Below are positions 49,401 through 61,552 of a DNA stretch of 64,000 nt, one piece after another. Source of the DNA: Marsupella aquatica (Eukaryota; Plantae; Marchantiophyta). The notes below the pieces were generated by a model. That model worked only from the letters and a program-made list of their open reading frames with translations, was not told the origin of the DNA and did not search any database. The stretch lies in NCBI GenBank assembly GCA_973895155.1, contig OZ316893.1, positions 20,216,857-20,280,856 on the forward strand. The letters are read 5' to 3'. The stretch's first letter is position 1. Every line of letters starts with the position of its first letter. A program made the position numbers and the translations under genes.

Positions 49401-51658
49401 AAAAAGCTTTGGATGAAAAGTTGCAAGAGGAGATGCAACTCAAAGAAAGAGAGCTTCAGGCTAGGTGAGATGACTATCTCATCGCAGCCTCAACAAATGC
49501 TCTACATTCGCCGTGTTATCCTCGAAATCCACACCTCTATGCACTTAATACAGGTACCGTCACAGCTTTTGTGAAAACCAATGTCATTTCTCTCATTCAC
49601 TTACCATCTGCGATACAATTTCCTTGTTCCTGTAAGCACGCATTTTTTAACACAAAGCTGTTGATAAATTGTACTCCGAATCATCCACCTGTTTGAACCT
49701 GCTCACTCGAAAACATCGCAGGCGTTGTATTCACAAATATATAACCTGTCCATCCTAACGATACTATCTGAAAACAGGTGCACGAAAGAACGAGATGAAC
49801 AAATTGAGATGATAATTGAGAGGATGGATATGGAGAAGGATGAAGCAGTCACTCGACAGGAGCAAGATTTGCTCGTCAAAGTTGAACGTCTCATGGAGGA
49901 AAAATTGGAATTCATGAAAAGAATGAAGGAGGTCGAGTCCAAATGTGCCACCCTCTGTCAGCTTTCTCTAGAGGTATCAAATTTCAAACTTCGGACCCTT
50001 CCGCACTCAATGCCCCAGCCGGAAAAACGTTCATTGATGTGTACTCAGAAGATTGTGTATCCAAATTCCTCCTCGCAGAATGGCATCATAATATTGTTAC
50101 AAGAGCCTGTCCAATTGATGAGTCAGAGGGGATTCACTCCTAGCTAGTGAAGAAATTCTTACGATTCTCCAATGCTACTCTTCGCTAGAGGATTCGTATG
50201 CCAGTGCAAATCTGGATGAGTGAAGCTCGGAGCGTTAAAACTGAACATGGAGCTTTTCTTCAAATGTTGTAACTTCTTCGACGAGAGACCGATAACGCTA
50301 AGATTATTGAGAGTGTGAGGGTACAGCACGACACCAGAAGACATAATTTCTTGTTTCTTCCTTGCGCCAGACAAACTAAGCACGGAGAGATTGCTATCAT
50401 TCGGAATGTGGTGACTCCTAATTCACTTCTGGAAGTGTTGAGAGAGAGTCTGAAAGTAAGTAGCCACTATGCAAGAACAACCGACCAGGACTTGCCCTTT
50501 GTTAGTAGACCTCCTGTCGTACCTGGTCCTTAGCCAGCCATATTAGTGGATAATGTCAACAGGCGAAGCAAAAGGCGGAAATGGAGTTGGATAACAGAGA
50601 CTTGCAAATTGAGTCAATGGAGAGAGAGCTTGGATCCCACTCTGCTATGATTGAGCAGCTTAAAGCACAGGTCGGTTCCTTTCCCTCCCTAGAATTACAG
50701 TACAATGATAGTCACCTGCAACTGCATAAGGACAGATATATGCTATTGCTCATGCAGTCCAGATGGGAAGGCTTTCAAACCTTTCATACCATCGAATTTG
50801 TGGTTGTCTCATTTTCTGTAATACGGTGAGGATGTAGGGTGGAAGCAGAAAAATCCACTTGCCTAATGGCAGAACATGCCCGGACAAGAAGTCTAACTTT
50901 GTGATGTCCTCCATCATTCATCAGATCAATCAGGAGAAAAGCAAACTGACGCAACAGGAAGAGCGTTTAGAGAATCGGATAAAGAAGGAGAAGGAACATG
51001 TCCAGTTCGCGCTTGCTGATGTTGAAAGGTGCAATGCTGAGGCTCAACGAATGCGGGCACGGAAGGTAAAGTGCCTGCTAATAAGAGCTTCCGTTTCTCG
51101 TTTACTTCATGAAATTCGTTAGAAAACGCAGTCATCCCCAAATGTCTTTACAAAACCCCGAGCGGGCCCCGTGTCTGGGGTGGGGGTGCGGAAGAAACTG
51201 CTACAGTGGAAGCCAACATCTCTGATTAGTATATGGAGTTTAAGCGGACACTAGGATGTAGTTAATCGACTTCAACACCCCGAGATCTTGGTAGTCAGCT
51301 TACATGTTCTTTCTCTGGCAAGGGCAAGATGAAGACCCGCATTCAGGATCGCATTTTGTTCATCCCCCGGTTCATCCCCGGGTTCATCCTGGGTGCTCGA
51401 GTCTGTGAGACCATTTCCACTGAGGAGTGAGCCGTGAACACTCTTTCTCTCTTAAAGATTTACAAGGAATTGAACTCTTCTGCAAGAACTGGCACATCTA
51501 AATCGCCACGGCTTATGCAGGTCGAGGAGCTGGCAGAAGTGGAAGCACACGTAAGGCAGGCGATTGATAACAAGGATCTGGTAATAGCTGGACTGATGGA
51601 ACAGCTAATGTCTGCCAAGGAGCAGATACGCCACACAGAACAGCTCCTTGCATCATGA
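43465..51658 (+). CDS. CEP131: CEP131/AZI1-like centrosomal coiled-coil protein, multi-exon; start codon uncertain
   Basis: Large low-complexity exon 44255-~46549, then short coiled-coil exons with GT-AG borders. Motifs SQKLCNILSYL, EYKTAIQHHLALNEKMIKDKEALSEKC, QKELWIAGEKPRREAWKEKKLKEIKEITIKGLEPHIESIVEKHKQE, ERDEQIEMIIERM and EELAEVEAHVRQAIDNKD..L match, in order, CEP131 blocks as I recall them. Confidence 0.8.
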
Positions 51659-54363
51659 TAATAATAAATGTGTTTCTGAGGTTCTCATATTTTGTACCTC
51701 ATCATTAGTTCCCATTCCTCCCAAACACCAAAAATACGAGCACAGTTGAGCAATGTCCCATCCATCAGAATATATCTCACGAAAAGTGTTCCGCTGACAG
51801 CATTCCTCTGATGGCATTCTCGAGCAGGCTCCGAAAGCAAAACTAGATGAGCGCCTATCAATGAAACTCATCGATTGCGATTTCCATTCTCATTCGCAGG
51901 CCCGAGTCTACAATTTGCAAACTCATTTGAGACTGAGTGCCATTCTAGCTGAGGTAGCTATTCTGAGTCCTAACAACACAGTGAACCAATTCGCACAAAA
52001 CTGAAATGATCCTTCCGTCCCATAAAACCTGTCCGCACAAAGACTCAAATGATCCTTATATTTCCACCGACCTCCATCTCATGTACCTGTCCGCACAAAA
52101 CTCAAAATAATACTCCTCCATTTGTCTCTGCTAACATTCTTCTACGGCCAATCGTCTCCAGCGAATCCGGTAAGATGCAATCCAAACAACCACTGAGGAA
52201 CAAAGAAAAACTATCTACACGCTCAGACCGCAACTGCCGACCTTGACCTCAACTCACAGAAGTATAATAGTAAATCATCCATCTTACAGATCTCCGCTGT
52301 ATAATTATATTTCTTCACAATCAACACTCGACCACCTGCGCCGAATGCAAATGCGATTCCCATCAACTTCGGATTCCTTTTCTTAGTTTACTTTGGCACG
52401 GACCTTTTTCTTCCGAGGAAAATCCTGATGTGGCGTCACACTGGCGAATGCTGCAGCGCGATTGTCCTCCATAGCCACCCGTCGCGTCGGAGTGTCCTGA
52501 CGCCTCGAGCTTCCCGTGCTGAAAAGAACAAAAGCACTCACACAGAACAGAACAGTGAAGTATCCAAAAAGTTCCAACGATTCTCAAGTTCAGGGACAAT
52601 AATAAGAAAGAGTATATATATATATATATATATATACCTCACCAAACGACAAGAACGCGCGCCAACCGGGAGACATCACACAGTCAAAAGACCCAATCAA
52701 GGGAGAGAAAAGTGAAAGATCCCAAGACGACCAAAGAGGGCCCAACAAGCCAAGCCAAGGAGTCCCCCACAACAACTAAAAGAAAGAGCGTTTTATGCAA
52801 GGCTGTACAGGCCAGTGGGATACAACTGATGGAGATGAGAGTGGAGTATATCAGAGTGCCCAAGGGCAAAAAACCTCCAAACCCAGAGAGACAAGAGAGA
52901 AGTGGAGTCTAAGTTTCTAGAATGAAACCTCTAGACACATACTCTAGGTCCCACCAAACTTAATGTATAGGTAATGACTGTTTAGTATGGGGTGTGGGGT
53001 TACTAGTCTGTAACCTGTGACCAGAAAGTGAGGAAATGCTGACCGGCAGCAGACAGGAAATTTTCCGAGCTTTGTGTGAACAGGTGTCGGACTAGAACCT
53101 CAGTCCAAACCGTCGTTATCATACATAATACTTGCCCAGAAAATGATTACCAGACAAGACTTTCTAGGCATAGGGTTATGGAAATGGTGGCACCTAGTAG
53201 AAAAGGTTACACACCGGTAACCTTTCTTCCTGTCAGGAATTACGTGGATGAAAGAAAGATTGGATATCATGTATGTCAAAATGATGATCATGCATGATAA
53301 TTTTTTATCTTAACATTTGAAGTATGGGCATTTAAAGTCTGAAGTTGGCTTTGAGGTCTGTTGCGGTGTTGGCGTTTTGGCATCGGTTGTGGTGTTTCCT
53401 GGCCCTCAGCTTGTATTGTTTTGTGCCCCACTGGTCTTCACCGCGGTGATCATTTTAATAAATTGCCGAGTTCCACCCGGAAAAAAGCAAATGTATCATT
53501 ATTATTATTTTATCTTAACATTTGAAGTATGGGCATTTAGGCTCATGCTTGGTAATAATAATTGCACAGAGGGTGGTTTGGTGGTAGAAAAACAAACTTA
53601 CTAGCTATCGTGGACTCTCTGACTTAGCAAATATAGGTGAGGTCCTCTACCTGTGGTAAAAATATATGTGAGTTGAAGTGGAGGTTTGTTCCTCCAGCTC
53701 ATGCCTGAGGGCCAACTCGCATGTATGCAGCCTTTTGTTTTATGGCCCTCAAGTTGACTCATGCCATCATATGATAGAGCAAGTGTTTAATGCTTGAACT
53801 CCCTCATGAAGCGAGCCTGACGGCAATCATTTTGGGTTTCCTATTGCAAGGGCAAGGGCTAGAAACTTTCTGGAACTTGAGGTTACGACCTTTGAATTTC
53901 TAGTACAACACAATTTGCCAAGTATAATCTGTAGTGGGCAATGACAAAGATGGAGTCCAAGGGGAAGGGCATTAATCACTCGTAGCAGGGACATTGACAC
54001 AGAAACTAAGATCTGATTTTTCCCAAAAGGTATGCAAGCACTTACTGCCAAATTCTCCAGGGCTCCATACATGCAAGTTAGCCCTCAATCCTTCTTCCAA
54101 TGGTGCCCTTCGTAGCATAGTTATCAAACATCTTTTGGGGCTCTAGGGTCCTACACCTCATTAATGTGTCTCAAAGTTGTGTGTTAGAAAGGAAAAAACA
54201 TACTTTAATTGTATACTAAAGTTACTGTTCACTGGCCTTATTGACTCAATCACTTTGTTGAGTACCAATAGGCAAGAAGGGGTCATTGTTGAGCAATGGA
54301 CCGATCATAGACAATGAACACATGTGTAGCATTCAACGAGCAAGTAGGTGACACAAGAGATAT

Positions 54364-54693
54364 TGTTAGGATTTACTCTTAGGTCTAGAGTTACGACTTA
54401 ATGCTAACCTTAGTCGCAGACTTGGTTAGGTTAGTCATGTTGTGCACACTATGTACCCAAGCGGTGTTTGCTTGGAGAGTGGGAAGTCAGGCTCATTGTT
54501 ACGGAGCTAGTTGAGAGATAGAGAAAGCTTGCACTGTGGATGTTTGCTATGGCCGGTTGACCTAGAGTGCAATAAAGCTCATGTGTGTTCCACGTAGCCT
54601 CATGTGTAGATGAACCACATATCTCTCTGTGTCGACTCTTGTGCATTGGATGATTCATGGGCTTGCCGTTGCGATTGTCGTCTATGCTCAATA
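54364..54693 (+). mobile_element. Solo LTR (330 bp) of the same copia family, opposite orientation
   Basis: Starts TGTTAG and ends ...GCTCAATA (CA mutated to TA). TSD GATAT at 54359-54363 and 54694-54698. Reverse complement aligns with 27691-27900. Confidence 0.9.
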
Positions 54694-57521
54694 GATATGT
54701 GATTCACCTCTCCAATGACTATCTCCATGGAAATGCACAAGAGGCTACTATAGACTTGTCATCTGTACAAAGTCTTTTTAGCACAAGTGCTAACTCCCTA
54801 CTTATTAAACAACTCACTAACAATGAACCTAAGTACATTCCCCCCACAAGCTAACTCCTGCTGGTGTAAATACTAAGTCACGGATCTAATCTTCATCAAG
54901 TGTTTGACTATGATGGGACTAATTACAGCGTGGAACAAATTTAGAAATTACAAAATATATTAAGTTACTCTACTGGTGTCACAAATACAAAATATACAAG
55001 TACTCTACTAGTGTCACAAGTACAATCTACAATGTAACCCTAAACCTTAAAGTTATTTTTCATTTAGTTGGATTGAGTTTATTGTCAATCTTGACTAATT
55101 CAAATAATTTGCATAATAAAATGGTATCTAACTTCACCCTATTGTCCATAGTCTGGTTCATAGCAAAGTGTAAAACATTTGACTATCAAAAGGGAGATTC
55201 AAATTCACATGTGACAATATTATTTTAGTGATAAGCCTATCCAATCAAATCTATTCCTTAGATGAGGTGCATACAAGCTACTTCTCCCTAGACACAATCA
55301 TCGAAGTTTCTAAAGTTTCTAAAAGTATAATTGGCGCACATGTTCTTGGGTGTCATTATTTGATATTATATATTGTGTTTACTCTTGTTCCATTACTTGA
55401 GATCCTCTCTAATTTGAACATTGGATGCCTACCTCCCTCTTGCTACCACCGATAGAATGGTACTGTAGGCATGTTCACTTTTGTTGTAGACGTACTGTAC
55501 GTAAATATCAAGTTCCCCATCCTTTGCAGTCAATTTGCGCAATCACATTATTGTTCTTCCTGTAGCAGATCCATTGGGCGTCAACCACGACAACTTTAGC
55601 ACACAGCACAACTTGTCCACTGAAATTTGATGATTGATTTCGATAATCTTCGGTTCGAGGAGAACATCTTTGCGATGGATACTTCGATCAAAAGACTCGG
55701 CCAAAGTGACAACAACCTCAATCATGCTCTCTCTTACTGCAGGCGTTCAATCATGAGTAGGATCAACTACGAAAGTATAGCTGGCCCGAGCGCCATCTCC
55801 ACGTGGAGATCTGAGTAGACCAAGGAAGACCGTAGATGGAAAAACATCCCCTTATTGTTGGAAGACTAGAATATTGATGCGCTGTCGACAATCGGCGTGG
55901 GGTCGGCCTTCTCAATATAACCCCTTGCTGACTGTTGGCACTCGGCATGCCCTTTTTCTGGGAAGTGGAGACGGCCATTAAAACTCGGCCATTAAAACTG
56001 GAGACGGCCATTAAAAGCCCCTAAATGAACAAGGGGGACAGGAAGGTATTGTAGTAAAATGATAGACTGTGTGAAGGATTCGTGGAAAGACAGCCGACTT
56101 CAGTCGACTTCGGTGACCTCATGAGGCTGGACACCCCACTCGAAACTATTAACCATTAGCAACCAGGGCATGACGACAACAGGACGCAGATTGGGCGTAT
56201 AAACAATCCACATGGATGCTTCTGTGCATCGGAACATTGGGTCTCGCTCATCAGCTCACTGTACGTGCACACCATCTCAGAGTGACTCGAAGCCCACGCA
56301 AGTATGACTAGGCACCGGAGGGACACGAATTCGGCCACAAGGTTCTAGGCGGTTTGTGCAGATCTTCCCTGAACTATTGAACCGATAAATACGCGTATGA
56401 AACACAATCATCGCAGTCAGTGCCAACGAATCAATCGCAAACCCGCTCAACACTTTTGCTCCATCAGATGATATTGGTCACAGGACGGACCGGCTCAAAT
56501 ACGTGAACACCGAGATAGATCTATCCCACACGGTTCTGGAGCCCGAGGTGAGTAAACCTGAACAAAAGCCTCCTCTGATGGTCCACAATATGGGAATTTA
56601 AGCAAACTGGCACAACCAACGTCAGGTCGAGTAGAAGACTGAACCTGTATACTACCGAATGCCTAGAATGAGTCTGTTGCTCAACGACTGAAGCTTCTCT
56701 TTTCGGATCCATGGAGAGGACGGCCGGGGATCGTACTAATCTCATTCCTTTCCTTCCCCACCCACGTTTTATAAGCTAAAATACTATTGGGAAGACCAGA
56801 CATATTGTAGATAAAGCGTCCAAGTACGACAAGCAAAAATCTACTCAAAAACGAGACTCGTGGTAGAACTCAATACGTACTTGAAACCAAGTTTGTATAG
56901 AGAAAAAAGTGTTTGGTGCACACAATTTATACAGCTTGACAGATATCTAGGTCAAAATACAATACAGCCATTTACTTAGACACGCATTCCCAAGAAAGCC
57001 ACTTAAGGCATGGACATGTTCAATAGATAATGACCTAGGGATGAACTTCGGGATGTCTTCCCGCTCATAGGGCATGACATATTGAGCATGATACATGTTT
57101 ATCAAGGCTGCTTGATAATACCTAGTGTCAACACCACTGCTACTCCTAATGTACAATGGCCTTAGCTACACCTAAGTCTGTCATTTTCCTGCTTCCAGTA
57201 CTCTCTACCACACTTGGACTGAAATGCATTTACAAAACGAGTTGCTCTGCCAACTCCATTGAGAACTGCTTGTCTCTCCCCACCTATCCTGAAATGTACC
57301 AAAAAGTGTCTATATAATGAGTATTGGCACAACTTCAAAGGCTAAACGGTAAGGCCTACGAAAACAAACTGAGAAAACATTCCGACTTAAAGAGATCATG
57401 ACACATGTGGAGTTGGTCAATCATTGAACATGCCAATTTAAAGAAACGAGATTTGTACGCCAGTTTGCAAAAAGATGGTCAATCACCTAACATCAGACAT
57501 TCGTCAATGGAGATTGTAGTA

Positions 57522-58834
57522 CTAGTCCTCCTCCTCCTCCTCCTCTTCCTCCTGAGAAAACAGAAATGGCGTTGAAAACTGTTCACGGGATATCCATACA
57601 CTACTATAATTCTCTAAGCAGTGTTTAATATATTGACTCATCGAATATGGTCAACAGGCCATACCTCAGCGCTTTCCTCGTCTTCGTCGTTGATCTCAGA
57701 CTTAGACTTATCTGATTCCTCCGGAGTACCCTCATCGTCTTCGTCATCCTGCAGTGAAGGAGAGGAAGACAATTAATTCTTCAAATGAAACATCAGCAAA
57801 CTTCGAGACGGACAAGAGAGATGACAACAAAACGCACGAGATAGAGGAAAATCCAACCTGCTTCTGCTTGTTGTACGCGGCAAGATCCTTGTCATAGTCT
57901 TGCTTCCTTTGTTGAGCCTTGGTGATGAAGGGAGCTTTCTCCTAGAGGGACGAAGAGGATTTTGAACGTCAGCACATCCAGATTTTCAATGTCAGGACAT
58001 CCAACGCAAAATCAAATGCTGTCGGGGACAAAATGAAACACGACGATCAGCCATAAGATGGTGGAAAAAGACTCACAAAATCAGTCATTTCCTTCCATTT
58101 TTCCCCACCAGCCTTGCCAACCTGAAGGTAAGATAAGGGAAGAGGTCAAAACAATGTGAGAAAGGCGGAGAGGTTGCAGATGGCAGCGAAAAGCTCTCAG
58201 ACACGTAGCGCTCACGGGAATGAAGAACGGCTGATCTCTTAAAACCAAAAAATACGTACCACGGCCACACCCTTGGCCTCGGGATGATCTTCCTTGAATG
58301 TCTTCCGGAACTGCTCCCTGGAGAAAGAAGCATTTCATAATCGGTAAAAAAACGACCAGGGAAAACATGCAACGAAGAATGTACGCATTCTCATCGATAA
58401 ATTTTTTAAGGACATTCGGTAAAAAACATTCGGAAGGAAAGTATGCCGACAGACACAGGAATTTTTCGTGCAAAAGATCCCCATAATCACGGGAAAGTAA
58501 ACTTACAGGAAGAGGAAGAAGGGGGTAGGTGGCCTTTTCGGCTGGTTAGGGTCCTTCGCAGCCTTGGTGGCCTTCTTCGATTTTCTGGTCTTCTTAGGCT
58601 TGGCCTCCTTCAAGACAGCTTTCCTCTTCTTGATATCTCTGAGTTTGGAAAACAAGTGTGAAATACAATATATAAGTGTGAAATATAAGCTCGAAAGATG
58701 AAAGATGAAACTCAGAAAAAAAACAATTGAAATGAGTGCCGAACTGAGGAATGGACTTACTTCTCCTCCACCTTGCGCGTCTTATCCTTGGCAACTCTTG
58801 TAGTCGCCACTTTCTTCGCTTTGGTATCCTTCAT
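57522..58834 (-). CDS. HMGB: High-mobility-group B (HMG-box) protein
   Basis: Seven short GT-AG exons: basic N-terminus MKDTKAKK..., KDPNQPKRPPTPFFLFL / EQFRKTFKEDHPEAKGVAV / VGKAGGEKWKEMT / EKAPFITKAQQRKQDYDK, acidic tail ...EEEEEEEED*. A non-coding upstream exon has a donor near 59972. Confidence 0.95.
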
Positions 58835-61303
58835 TGTGAGAAACAGATGTACGGTCTAGATCCCTGAAATCCACTCTACATAACAGCAGAACTAGACATT
58901 AAGGACAGTGAAGCTTTAATAAAAAGTGGCCATGTTAGTCAGATTGGAAAAACCATCAATTTGAAAATTGAGCTCGGTACTACAGCATGTCAAGACAGCC
59001 TTAGAAAAGAATTTTCTAAGTAACACTCCTCACTTCAATACATACAACAAAATTACACATCAAGCTTCTGCTTGACCAGCCACTTCGCAAGATCCCGGAG
59101 GTAAAAGGTCCCCTCTTGACATGTCTAGTGTCAGAGGGGTTCCTTCGAAGACGTTCAAAAGTGCATGCAAACTAATAAAAAGTTAAAAAAGATTTAAAGA
59201 CAAATAATGGACCCGTCCCTCGAGTTGTTCGTCAACAACAGCGTCGGATATATTGCAACAATGCTACCTTCCGTATCGGAGGAAGGTCGAAGAGGGAAGG
59301 ATGTGGCAAGACCCGTAACTAAGACAAATTTCATCGGATATTACAACCAACTTAGCGAACTGCCTTCTTACTCTCTCATAGAGAGCAAGAGACTACGCGC
59401 GCGAAGGAGTTACGACGTACGTCCAACGCAGAGTTTGAAGACTTCCAAACTTAACATATTACACATGATGAACAAAGCGCAAACAGCGAGATCGCCAAAC
59501 TACTCATACCTGTGTTCTTTCGGTCCCACACATATCTGAATGGTCTGTACTGGTTTACGCAGGACCGGGAAAATTGAAAAAGAACAAAAGAAGGACGAGC
59601 TACAACTATAACAATTAAAGCTACGACCACGAAATGAAGTAATAAGCCAGAAACAACTATACCCTGTGTACTAGACTAGACATGACTACCTCAAATTGGA
59701 ACAATGAACATGGAAACCATAACAAACGCATATCCAACAAAACCAGCCCGAAGCAGTTATCAAGTACTAATTAGAAAACCATTCTTTCACCATTGAGGCG
59801 ACTTAGAAAATATTGGAAGTCACTATCTGCACGCGAACTACAAAGAATACGAGTGAAAACGCATCACAACGACCATGAAGACCGAGTCGAATCACAAGAA
59901 GCTAGCCATAGTAAGAATCTGAAGAAGAAAAACAACAGAGAAAAATACGTGAGAAGGCAGGGAACAACTCACCTTGCGACTTCCCGCTTGCAAAAATGCC
60001 GTCGTTGCAGCTAGGCCCCGATACTGCACCGGCGCTAGAAAAATTCCGAGACGAGAAGAGGACGCACGCAAGTGAAAGGCAAGAAACTGTACCCACGGCC
60101 CGATTGACACTCAACTGAAAACAGAGACGTCGCGACGAAAGCGATCGAGAGACGCGCGATCGCGAACGTGCCACCGCCTCGCCACCTCCAACTGCAGGCG
60201 GAGAGGGAGCGAGGTAGCAAGAGCCTACCACCGGACCCGAACACGAGTTCTCGACTCCGTTCCGGGTGTGTGTGTGTTGCCACACTACACACACACAACA
60301 CGAGAAAGCCCGGTCCTCAGAGACAAAAGCCCAAGGAACGAACGCTAGAACGAACGAACACGCGAACACAGACTTGAACAAAGCAACGCAGGCAACACAC
60401 ACGGCGTGAGAGAGACAGAGAGAGAGAGCAACAACACAAGCAAGGAAGGAAGGAAGCAAGGAAGCGAACACAAAGCGAGCGTCTCAACACAAGGCGAGAA
60501 GGCGAGAAAGGAAGGAGCCAAGAGAGTGGAGATAGCGAGAGGAGGGAAGCGAAGAGGGACGAAAGGCACGGCAAGGGTTTGCTGCAACGCGAGCGGCAAC
60601 GGTGACCTGGTGACCGGGTGACCGGAACTGCTTGCTCCCCCGGTCACCGGATATTCCGGTAATCCTGCCCCCCCCAGAAGCGCACCTTTTACTCTCCTTC
60701 CCCTGCAGCAAGCAGCAAGCGCACTTTCAAACCCAGCATTCAAATTTGAAGTTCGCCGGCAAATCTACCGCTCCGGGACATGTACCCCATCCCATGCAGA
60801 CTCCCCCCCCCCCCCGGAACGCACCCCCTACCCCACTCCCCGCTCCCACTCCCCGTTCTTTTTCCTTTCCTTCCCTTTCCTCTCGTATTTCCTCAGGAGC
60901 CGCCCAATCGCCAGCCGCACACTCCAGTCCCCCGAAATAACCCAATCCATCCAACCCCAATTAAATTTCTTGAACCAATTTCTTCCGCCCTGTGCTGAGC
61001 CGGTCTCTCCCTCCACTTTTAAACCTTCTTCCCTCCTCTACATTTATACCGCCCGTAACGTGATACATTTTCCAGGGGTACGGTGACAAGATGTACTGCG
61101 GTATGAATGTACGTATTGATGTATACATGTGTGTGTGTGTATGTGTTTTGTTGACACGGTATGTGACGCTGCGCGTGTTGGAATGAATGAATGAATGATA
61201 TATACAAAGTAGGGACTACTGGTGTTTCCTTATGAGATATTTTGTGGACCGCATATGGTAGATTTGCGTATCAGGGGAAACCATATACAGGAGGCCAAAT
61301 ATA

Positions 61304-61552
61304 TGCACACAGAAATACACAAGTGCCCTTAGCTTCACATTAAGGGTGTTTGGGTGATTTCAAGATTGACTTATCGACTGAGGAATGCCCATAGTGCCTG
61401 AATGAAGGATTAGACGGTAACTTTGTGCTGCACACAGAAATACACAAGTGCCCTTAGCTTCACATTAATAGTGTTTGGGTGATTTCAAATTGACTTATCA
61501 ACTGAGGAATGTCCATAGTGCCTGAATGAAGGATTAGACGGTAACTTTGTGC
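61304..61552. repeat. 125-bp direct tandem duplication
   Basis: tgcacacagaaatacacaagtgcccttagcttcacattaa...ggattagacggtaactttgtgc starts at 61304 and 61429. Confidence 0.92.

Noticed and set aside
55540-56750. Short ORFs between the solo LTR and HMGB
   Set aside because: No recognisable protein motifs, and I could not build a consistent exon chain.
59793-61016. Cluster of overlapping ORFs upstream of HMGB
   Set aside because: Low-complexity GA/CT-rich promoter and 5' UTR sequence yields spurious ORFs on both strands.
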